Shown here: positions 20,633 through 28,583 of the stretch, piece by piece
How the letters are laid out: each line of letters opens with the position of its first letter
How positions within the stretch are numbered: the first letter of the stretch is position 1
IMG/VR virus record: IMGVR_UViG_3300032038_000001
Coordinates: 64,001 to 128,000 of that record
From: a virus
Taxonomy: Duplodnaviria; Caudoviricetes
DNA length: 64,000 nt
Reading direction: 5' to 3' (one strand)
Program-made: the position numbers and the translations under genes
The notes under the pieces: model-generated
What the model saw: only the letters and a program-made list of their open reading frames with translations
Databases searched by the model: none
What the model was told of the DNA's origin: nothing

Positions 20633-20644
20633 AACAATCCATTA
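20633..20644 (+). promoter_or_regulatory. late-type promoter AACA-N6-TA
   Basis: AACA ATCCAT TA upstream of the fibre gene. The same motif occurs upstream of other structural genes. Confidence 0.6.
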
Positions 20645-20690
20645 AATAATGATATTATTACAAATATAATATGGAAAGGAATGATTTATA

Positions 20691-23600
20691 ATGGCTATGG
20701 CTAAAGGATATGTTAGTACTACATACCAAATCACAAGTACAACACAACTCTCACCATCTATTGGCTATGATGGTGATATAGCATTTTTAGTTGATGATAG
20801 AAATAAGAGAGCAATTGCTCAATTTTTTAAAAGAGATGGAACATGGCAGCGGGTTAATAATAACGCAACTGCTAAAGAAATAGATGCCACTGAACTATAT
20901 GAAATGATTCTGGAAAATGGTCAACGTATAACTGATTTAAATCGTGGTATGCAAAATTATGAAGAAACAACTGATGGTACTTTAAACAATCATGCCGCAA
21001 CATTAGTTAATCATACAACATCAATAAATGAACATGAAAATGAAATTACAGAAATACAGGAAATCATTGAACATTTAGATCCTAGTGGTGGTGGCGTTGG
21101 TAAAAGCACTACTGGTGTGGAGTATGATGTTGATGGGACTTCTTATACTGGAGATGTTGGTGCTGAAGTTTTTAATAATTATGAAGATAATAAAGGTATT
21201 GGAAAATATTCACATACTGAAGGTAAAGGTAATATAAGTATTGGGCTTGCCGCTCATACAGAGGGCTATCAAACAAAAACTTCTAATACTGGCGCACATG
21301 CTGAAGGAATAATGGGTAAAGCCACTGGTATAGGTGCTCATGTTGAGGGTGCATCAACTACAATTACTGTTGATGATGAACCCGTTGAAGTGGGGTCTGA
21401 GGCATCAGGTAAAGGCTCTCATGTTGAAGGTATTTATAATATTACAGCAGCTGATGCATCTCATGCTGAAGGTAGTAGTAACCGGATTATTAGTAATGCT
21501 TCTCATGGATATAATGGATTTGCAGCACATATAGAAGGTGATAATAACGTTATTACTAATTCGGATAGTGCACATGCTGAAGGAACTCATAATGTCATAA
21601 CCGATGCCGCATATTCTCATGCTGAAGGCAATCTCACTACAGTTACTGGTTTAGGTTCTCATGCTGAAGGATATAAATCTACCGCAAGTGGTGAGTATTC
21701 ACATTCTGAAGGAAACTATACTACAGCTAGTGGAGCGGCATCTCACGCTGAAGGAAGTGGAACTAGTTCAAAAGGTATTCAATCTCATGCCGAAGGTAGT
21801 GGTTGCCAATCTATTTCTCCTTATTCTCATGCCGAAGGTGCTGGAACTACAGCAGGATCAGTTTCACAAACAACCGGTAATCCCGTAGGTGCAGGTCAGC
21901 ATGCCGAAGGCGGTGGTTGTAAGGCAATCGGAAGTTATTCACATGCAGAAGGTAGTGGTTCAACTGCAAATAGTGATTACTCACATGCAGAAGGTAACGC
22001 TAGTACAGCTAGTGGTTTAGGTTCTCATACTGAAGGATATAAATCTGCTGCAAGTGGTGAGTATTCACATTCTGAAGGAAGCAGTACTACTGCTAGTGGA
22101 GCTGCATCACACTCCGAAGGAAGTGGAACTAGTGCAAAAGGTACTCAGTCTCATGCCGAAGGAGGCGGAACAACTGCTAGTGGAGGTCAGTCTCATGCCG
22201 AAGGAGCTGGTTGTCAAGCTATCTCTCCTCAATCTCATGCTGAAGGTCTTGGAACTGTAGCGGGATCAGTTTCACAAACAACTGGTAACCCTGAAGGTTC
22301 CTGTCAGCACGCTGAAGGTGGTGGTTGTAAGGCAATCGGAAGTTATTCACATGCAGAAGGTAACGGTTCAACTGCGAACGGTGCTCAATCTCATGCCGAA
22401 GGTAACATTAGTACAGCTACTGGTATGGGTTCTCATGCTGAAGGAAGCGGAACACATGCAAATGGTGCTCAATCTCATGCTGAAGGAAATGGTTCAACCG
22501 CGAATGGCGATCAATCTCATGCCGAAGGTGGTGGAACGACTGCCACTGGTATGGGTTCGCACGCTGAAGGTGGTGGATGTCAGGCTATTTCTCCTCAATC
22601 TCATGCCGAAGGTGGTGGAAGTATAGCAGGATCAATTTCACAAACAACTGGCAAGCCCATAGGTTCCTGTCAGCATGCTGAAGGCGGTGGTTGTAAGGCA
22701 ATCGGAAGTAATTCTCATGCTGAAGGATTCGGTTCAACTGCGAATGGAGATTATTCACATGCTGAAGGTTACATCAGTACAACTACTGGTGTAGGCTCAC
22801 ATGCTGAAGGCGGTGCTTGTCAGGCAAATGGAAATTATTCTCATGCCGAAGGTAACGGTAGTACAGCTACCGGTATGGGTTCTCACGCCGAAGGATCAGC
22901 AACAAATGTAAACGGTGACTGTTCACACGTTGAAGGTTCTGGAATAACTGCAAATGGTAACTTTATTCATGCTGAAGGTGCAGGTTATACAGTTACTGGC
23001 GGTTCGTCTCATATCGAAGGTACACTACATACTGAATTAACTGCAAACATATCTCATATCGAGGGTACTGCGCATACAGGTAACATGCATATATCTCATG
23101 TTGAAGGCGCAAATAATACAGTGAATAACGAATATAATCATGTTGAAGGAACCGAAAATATAGCATATTCAAAATCAGATCGTGTTCATATTGAAGGTGA
23201 TCGAAACCATAATAATGGTGACAGAATACACATCGAAGGTATGTATAATGTTGTTAACGACAATGATGTATGTGATCATGTAGAAGGGTATAATAATGAA
23301 ATTAAGGGTATAGTAACAACCACAACTGTAGAACGTGATGAAGTACGAAAAAAAACACCATCATATTGTCATGTTGAAGGTAGTAGAAATATAATAAAAA
23401 CTAATCAATATGGTGATGATTCATCATTAGCAAGTCATCGTTATAGTCATATAGAAGGCTACCAAAATATAATTGAGGGTGGTCATGGAAGCCATGTTGG
23501 AGGAGCACAGAATATATCAGCATCTAGATGGCAGACAGTAATCGGTGTTGGTAACTTACCTGATACAAATAATGAATTTGCATTTATTATAGGTAATGGT

Positions 23601-23888
23601 TCTGCTCCTGATCCAGTAACAGGTGAACTAACTAACCAAGAAGAAATATCAGATACTTCGCCAGCTGCAGGTGAATCAGATACTATTGATTATATAATAC
23701 AAAATAAACGTAGTAATGCGTTTACTGTTAGTTGGGATGGTACTGTTAATATTGCTACCGCATTATATGTAAATGGCCAGCAAATCACACCTGGTGGCGG
23801 CGGTGGCGGTGGAATGGACGATGCTGTTATTGCCGATAATATAACTAACAGTGAAGTTGACGACATGATAAATGAAATTTGGGCATAA
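20691..23888 (+). CDS. tail fibre / adhesin with coiled coil and YadA-head-like 14-aa SHAEG beta-roll repeats
   Basis: Dozens of SHAEGxxTxAxGxx repeats, followed by FAFIIGNG...RSNAFTVSWDG. Confidence 0.8.
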   Translation: MAMAKGYVSTTYQITSTTQLSPSIGYDGDIAFLVDDRNKRAIAQFFKRDGTWQRVNNNATAKEIDATELYEMILENGQRITDLNRGMQNYEETTDGTLNNHAATLVNHTTSINEHENEITEIQEIIEHLDPSGGGVGKSTTGVEYDVDGTSYTGDVGAEVFNNYEDNKGIGKYSHTEGKGNISIGLAAHTEGYQTKTSNTGAHAEGIMGKATGIGAHVEGASTTITVDDEPVEVGSEASGKGSHVEGIYNITAADASHAEGSSNRIISNASHGYNGFAAHIEGDNNVITNSDSAHAEGTHNVITDAAYSHAEGNLTTVTGLGSHAEGYKSTASGEYSHSEGNYTTASGAASHAEGSGTSSKGIQSHAEGSGCQSISPYSHAEGAGTTAGSVSQTTGNPVGAGQHAEGGGCKAIGSYSHAEGSGSTANSDYSHAEGNASTASGLGSHTEGYKSAASGEYSHSEGSSTTASGAASHSEGSGTSAKGTQSHAEGGGTTASGGQSHAEGAGCQAISPQSHAEGLGTVAGSVSQTTGNPEGSCQHAEGGGCKAIGSYSHAEGNGSTANGAQSHAEGNISTATGMGSHAEGSGTHANGAQSHAEGNGSTANGDQSHAEGGGTTATGMGSHAEGGGCQAISPQSHAEGGGSIAGSISQTTGKPIGSCQHAEGGGCKAIGSNSHAEGFGSTANGDYSHAEGYISTTTGVGSHAEGGACQANGNYSHAEGNGSTATGMGSHAEGSATNVNGDCSHVEGSGITANGNFIHAEGAGYTVTGGSSHIEGTLHTELTANISHIEGTAHTGNMHISHVEGANNTVNNEYNHVEGTENIAYSKSDRVHIEGDRNHNNGDRIHIEGMYNVVNDNDVCDHVEGYNNEIKGIVTTTTVERDEVRKKTPSYCHVEGSRNIIKTNQYGDDSSLASHRYSHIEGYQNIIEGGHGSHVGGAQNISASRWQTVIGVGNLPDTNNEFAFIIGNGSAPDPVTGELTNQEEISDTSPAAGESDTIDYIIQNKRSNAFTVSWDGTVNIATALYVNGQQITPGGGGGGGMDDAVIADNITNSEVDDMINEIWA
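21190..23500 (+). repeat. 42-bp (14-codon) coding tandem repeats with larger internal duplications
   Basis: TCTCATGCYGAAGG recurs. The block at 21648 is duplicated at 22014, and the GS(V/I)SQTTG(N/K)P insert occurs at 21855, 22263 and 22629. Confidence 0.9.
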
Positions 23889-23904
23889 AGGATGGTGAAT
23901 ATTA

Positions 23905-24651
23905 ATGTCTATGATAAAAGATTCAGAACTCAGTTGGTCTTGTAATGAAGATTATTATGTAAATACAGCAGGTACTGTACTATCTGCTCATGGAACGGGT
24001 GGTACCCAATTAACAAAAACAAATAACGGTGGTGCTATTGGTGTTGAGATTAAAATGAAAAATTCATCTAATCAACTATGGTATGGACCAATGATAATTT
24101 CTACAATAGAAGCATATGCTAGATATACTCCTTCAGATTCCAATCCTTTGAAACGTTGTGCAATTAACGGTGTAACATGGTACGTTTCCACAGCAAGTTA
24201 TTGGAATTCCGATGAAGATCCTAATCATTTATTACCGTATTTAGATTTAAACGAAGCGGGTGTTCCACAGGAATACATAGATGATTTAAGTTCAGATTCA
24301 GCAGTGGAATATATTGCTAGGCTAATAATACAAGCTGCTGAGTTGACTATATTACATAAACTTCCTAGTGCGGGATATCTAAATAAATTTGTTAAGCGTG
24401 CTCTTATTAAAAATAATGAGCGTATTGTCTCATTAATTCCTAATTTAACTTATGATCAAGCACCAACTGAAGATTCTAATAACTTAGTTCGTTCTGGTGG
24501 TATATACGATTTTGTCGAACAAGAATTTACTAACAGAATAGGTAATATAAACATCGTTAAATGCACTCAGGCAGCATATGATGCTATGACCTCTCATGAC
24601 TCCAATACATTATATATAGTATTGCCAAATTCGGAGGCGAGTGGTGGATGA
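23905..24651 (+). CDS. tail-fibre-associated protein
   Basis: The C-terminal TQAAYDAMTSHDSNTLYIV motif is typical of phage fibre adaptor domains; YDQAPTEDSNNLVRSGG is also present. Confidence 0.65.
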   Translation: MSMIKDSELSWSCNEDYYVNTAGTVLSAHGTGGTQLTKTNNGGAIGVEIKMKNSSNQLWYGPMIISTIEAYARYTPSDSNPLKRCAINGVTWYVSTASYWNSDEDPNHLLPYLDLNEAGVPQEYIDDLSSDSAVEYIARLIIQAAELTILHKLPSAGYLNKFVKRALIKNNERIVSLIPNLTYDQAPTEDSNNLVRSGGIYDFVEQEFTNRIGNINIVKCTQAAYDAMTSHDSNTLYIVLPNSEASGG

Positions 24652-25303
24652 GTGTTTTAATTGGTGACACAAAAGCAAAACTTTATCTTGGAGATATATT
24701 ATTAAATGATGACACACCTGTTACTAGACTTCCAGATTTTAAAGGGTATGTTAATTCAGATAATGGAGTACCTATAGCAAAAACAGATACAGATTTTGAT
24801 ACATCAAAAGCTTTGATATAATTTTCTGTTTTTGGTATGGTAGTAATCCAACTGAAACATCTGGAGCTGCTATAGGAACATATGACCTGAATAGCTATTA
24901 TAAATACCCATCTATAGAAATACGTCTTGATACTGGAATATGGTATGGTGTTAGTGCGGATGGAAATTATAGCTGGGATTTAATAACAAAATCAGTAGGA
25001 CTTAGTTTCGTACAAAATTCATATAATTATATGAAAATATCACAAGATACATCTGATGAAAATCATAAGCTAATAAATGTATATCATAGTACAGATGGAA
25101 ACACGTGGTCTCTAATTGATTCTACAGATATAGGGTCGTCTACAGTATTTAATACATCAAGCGTTAAAATGTGTTTTGGTGGAAATGCACTTGCTAGTAG
25201 ATTAACCTTTCCTTCTGAAGAAGATTTTCATATGGTGATAGAGCGCTGTAAAGTGATTTCTGAAGGAATAACTATATTTGGTTATGATGATACTGCTACA
25301 TGA
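24648..25303 (+). pseudogene. fibre-associated beta-sandwich (LamG-like) protein, frameshifted at 24800-24818
   Basis: The ATG overlaps the upstream stop. MSVLIGDTKAKLYLGD... stops at 24821, while the -1 frame is open from 24800 to 25303. One extra A in the A4 run at 24806 fuses them (about 218 aa). Confidence 0.6.
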
Positions 25304-25513
25304 ACTAGTTTCCTTAAGAAGCTTGGCTATAAGGAAAATGGTATAGCAGATAAGAATTTCAATAATAAACTTTATGATGGTATAAAGTAAAAAAAAGAAC
25401 GCTGTGTAAGATTAAATCTTACACAGCGTTATTTTTTGCCAACAGATGGAACATAGATAAAAAAAGAAGCACCGCATATAATGCGGCTGAAACCCATGCG
25501 GTGCTTCTTATTC

Positions 25514-25885
25514 TTAGCGTCTGGGGAAACCTAACAGGCTAATATCCCAACCGAATATTTCCTGATAGATATGACGTTTTCTCTCGAAAGGTACGTCGTT
25601 AAACGTACCCTTCTTAGCATAGCAATATATAGTGTCTGTAAGACTATCTATAATATCATTGAGCTGGTCATTTGCCCAAACTCCAGTTGACTCAAGGTAT
25701 GCTAGCTGATAGACGTTAGGAAGTAATGCCGTTTTGAACAGCGGCATTAACTTATCTTCATTGTTGTCGATATACAGCAAAGATACCGATGATGTGCATT
25801 TCGCAAAAAGTTCGGTATATGTTGTAGCATCTTCATCAACGAGAGAGTTAATAGCTGTGAGAATGTTCTTTACTACGGTATTCAT
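25514..25885 (-). CDS. hypothetical early protein behind structured leader
   Basis: 123-aa ORF with RBS AAGGAGG; terminator at 25464-25509. Confidence 0.8.
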   Translation of the reverse strand: MNTVVKNILTAINSLVDEDATTYTELFAKCTSSVSLLYIDNNEDKLMPLFKTALLPNVYQLAYLESTGVWANDQLNDIIDSLTDTIYCYAKKGTFNDVPFERKRHIYQEIFGWDISLLGFPRR

Positions 25886-26048
25886 ATCATTAGTCCTCCT
25901 TTAGAACTATACTTTGTTTTCTTGACAAGAGTAAACAAAGGAACATATAAAATGTTCGAAAAACTCTTTTAATAATTTTTATGTAATCTTCGTTAATAAT
26001 TAACTCGACGCCTTCGCTATGAAGTTGAGGTAATTATTTATTGATTAC
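25886..26048 (-). ncRNA. structured 5' leader, copy C
   Basis: Cap motif AACTTCATAGCGAAGGCGTC (26026-26007). Pairings AAGAGT/ACTCTT, GAACA/TGTTC, CTTTGTTT/AAACAAAG and TAGTTC/GGACTA; GTCAA linker. Promoter TATATACTAT-N6-G. Confidence 0.75.
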
Positions 26049-26090
26049 ACCGATATAGTATATAATTATAATATTTGATTTTACGGAAAA

Positions 26091-26136
26091 ATAAAGAGAG
26101 TGATAGATTAACTTCTATCACTCTCTTTATTCTTTT
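26091..26136. terminator. bidirectional-type terminator
   Basis: ATAAAGAGAGTGATAGA/TCTATCACTCTCTTTAT. Confidence 0.7.
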
Positions 26137-26151
26137 TGTATCTTGTATATA

Positions 26152-26715
26152 TCACTTTTTTTGAGCAATTATATCATAAAAATGCCATTTTTTATTATTT
26201 GATTCTCTGATATATTCGATTTCATCTAATTTTATTATTTTATATTTTTGTAGATATTTTTTTACCTCCTCTATAGTGAAAGTATTGATTGACTGATTAT
26301 TTTTCCAATCATCTCTATCTCCAAATAGTTGCCCTACAAAATATCCATTATTATTTATAGAATTATAAATTTTATTCCATAAATTATCAAAATATTTTGG
26401 ATTACAAAAAGGAATACTAAAAAACGCTGTAATCGCATCAGTTTTAGGTAGTTTAATATTTTCAAATTCATGTTCTAAAAATGTTACATTTTCTTTTATA
26501 CTTTCATCAGCTCTAGATAATATATACTGTTTATTTAATTGTCTATCTACAGCCAAAACCTTAATACCATGATTTAGCATATATATAGTTTCATTTCCAC
26601 TACCACACCCTAAATCAATAGCATCTTTTATTTTATAATTATTTAAAAAATATATTAATAATTTGCTTACATCGTTATTATATGTTCTTTTTTGGTAATT
26701 TCTCCAATCTTTCAA
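26152..26715 (-). CDS. class I SAM-dependent methyltransferase (TehB-like)
   Basis: AIDLGCGSG, VLAVD, FFSIPFC and GYFVGQLFG. Confidence 0.85.
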   Translation of the reverse strand: MKDWRNYQKRTYNNDVSKLLIYFLNNYKIKDAIDLGCGSGNETIYMLNHGIKVLAVDRQLNKQYILSRADESIKENVTFLEHEFENIKLPKTDAITAFFSIPFCNPKYFDNLWNKIYNSINNNGYFVGQLFGDRDDWKNNQSINTFTIEEVKKYLQKYKIIKLDEIEYIRESNNKKWHFYDIIAQKK

Positions 26716-26931
26716 ATATTTTCAACTCCTTTCTCATTGATTAGACCGTTAAGTGATGTAAGAATGTTCTTCATTAACAATTAGCTCGACACAGTTATTA
26801 TAATATTTGTTACTGAGATAGAATATAATTATAATAATTGATTTTATGGAAACACAATTATATAAAAAAAAGAGCGAGTGTTGCAATTCGCAACACTCGC
26901 TCTTATATAGCCTTATCGTAGCTGCATTATA

Positions 26932-27321
26932 TTATATGACAGTCTTAAGTGCAGATATGATAGCTTCTGCGTTGTCGAGGATGATATCCTCAATATCATG
27001 AGTAGTACTAACATCAGGACCCCCAAACCCGTCGTTGAGGTCATTGACTTTAACTCGGATTATCATGGATCCTGTTGCGGACCCCTCCTTATTTGTGGTT
27101 GTTATTTCACAATCTCCAAAACTATCCAAGTGGGTGCTGTTGGGAACTACAGTATGAAGACGGATTAAACAGTTATTGGTCATAAGAATTTTCTTATTTC
27201 TCCATCCAATAATTTGGTTTTCTCCGTCATAGATTTCTGTACTGGTCTGAAATTCAGTTTCTGCTATGAGCGATATTAACGCTCCAACTGCAACTGCAGA
27301 AATCTTGTTGAAAGTATACAT
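26932..27321 (-). CDS. hypothetical early protein behind structured leader
   Basis: 129-aa ORF with RBS AAGGAGG; hairpin at 26871-26903. Confidence 0.8.
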   Translation of the reverse strand: MYTFNKISAVAVGALISLIAETEFQTSTEIYDGENQIIGWRNKKILMTNNCLIRLHTVVPNSTHLDSFGDCEITTTNKEGSATGSMIIRVKVNDLNDGFGGPDVSTTHDIEDIILDNAEAIISALKTVI

Positions 27322-27488
27322 ATGATTACCTCCTTGTAATCATACTCTGTTTTATTGACTGTGGTAAACAGAAGGAACATAGAAGTTCCGAGAAACCACA
27401 TTGTTGTTTTTATGTAATAAGTTATATATATAACTTAACCTGATACCTTCGCTATGAAGTTAGGGTAAGATATTATATATTTTATTAC
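27322..27488 (-). ncRNA. structured 5' leader, copy B
   Basis: Cap motif AACTTCATAGCGAAGGTATC (27461-27442). Pairings TGTGGT/ACCACA, GGAAC/GTTCC, TTCTGTTT/AAACAGAG and TATGATTAC/GTAATCATA around AAGGAG; GTCAA linker. Promoter TATATATTAT-N6-G (27504-27488). Confidence 0.75.
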
Positions 27489-27583
27489 CTAGAGATAATA
27501 TATACATAAAATTATTAGGTTTACGGTTTTATAATAAAAAATCATATATATATAAACAAAACTATAGTAATAAAAAATCATAC

Positions 27584-27654
27584 TGGGGTATCGCCAAGAG
27601 GTAAGGCAACGGACTTTGACTCCGTCATCATCAGTTCGAATCTGGTTACCCCAA
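27584..27654 (+). tRNA. tRNA-Gln (anticodon TTG), CCA not encoded
   Basis: Acceptor TGGGGTA/TACCCCA; D-arm GCC AAGAGGTAA GGC; anticodon arm ACGGA CTTTGAC TCCGT; T-arm ATCAG TTCGAAT CTGGT. Late motif at 27555-27566. Confidence 0.93.
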
Positions 27655-27789
27655 TAAAAATAGGAAGTATAAATATTATACTTCCTATTTTTCATTTATC
27701 ATAAATGGTTATATATTATTTTTTTGGTATTGTAAAAATTGTTTTGCATTATCATAAAAACTTATCATTAATAAAATTTTAAAGGAGTA

Positions 27790-28506
27790 GTGATTTTTAT
27801 GTCAGAAAAAACTATGAAGTATTTGGAGTATTACAAGTTGAATGCTTCAGAAAACGAGGATGATATACGTATCATCTGTGAAACAGCTAACAAGAGGCTG
27901 TCGACTTTTAATACAAAGTTTTCAGACTGGAAACTTCTCGGAGCGTTTTTCTGTAAAACCTTCGAATCAATCCTGATGAGTCTTAAGAAACTTGAAAAGG
28001 AATGGTCGAGTTTCGAGATAAATTTCTGTGATCGCTTTGTTGTCGGATACTCCACGTCTGATAACGAAGACGATGAAAAGAACGGAAATTTTGTGCCTTA
28101 TATTAGACACATAAGCGCAGAAAAGAAAGAATATAATTATGATAGCGAATCAACTGCAAATAGTAAGTTCGCGTCATGGGTAATGGACAATCTGAATTCG
28201 CAGGTCGATTTAATAAATAAGATTGCTGGTGAAGCAATACCGAATTTAAAGGAAATTGGTATTGCTTTAACATCATCAGATGCCGTAATAGTAATATTCA
28301 CGGTTATATATGAAACTATTGTTTCGTATCTCAAAGCTAAGAGAGCAAATGAGGGAGAATTTGAATACGAAATCAATTTCCTAAACTGCTTCTATATTGG
28401 AGTACAGGAAAGTGAAGATGGTGCTGGCGACGTATACATCAGACCTAACATCGCGAACAAGCTTTTCATAAAAGATGATACTGTAGCATCATCTAAATAC
28501 GAATAA
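27790..28506 (+). CDS. hypothetical early protein
   Basis: 238-aa ORF with early motif 27710-27726 and RBS AAGGAG. Confidence 0.8.
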   Translation: MIFMSEKTMKYLEYYKLNASENEDDIRIICETANKRLSTFNTKFSDWKLLGAFFCKTFESILMSLKKLEKEWSSFEINFCDRFVVGYSTSDNEDDEKNGNFVPYIRHISAEKKEYNYDSESTANSKFASWVMDNLNSQVDLINKIAGEAIPNLKEIGIALTSSDAVIVIFTVIYETIVSYLKAKRANEGEFEYEINFLNCFYIGVQESEDGAGDVYIRPNIANKLFIKDDTVASSKYE

Positions 28507-28583
28507 TATCACAAAAGTCGGACGAGATTATATCAACTCCGACTTTATTTTTTAATACAATTCATAATTTATGATATGAAAGG

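Noticed and set aside
21190-23500. Periodic repeats as a CRISPR array or DGR template
   Set aside because: They are in-frame coding repeats varying at synonymous sites. There are no unique spacers, cas genes or reverse transcriptase.
27489-27695. 68-aa minus-strand ORF
   Set aside because: It is an antisense shadow of tRNA-Gln and two promoters.
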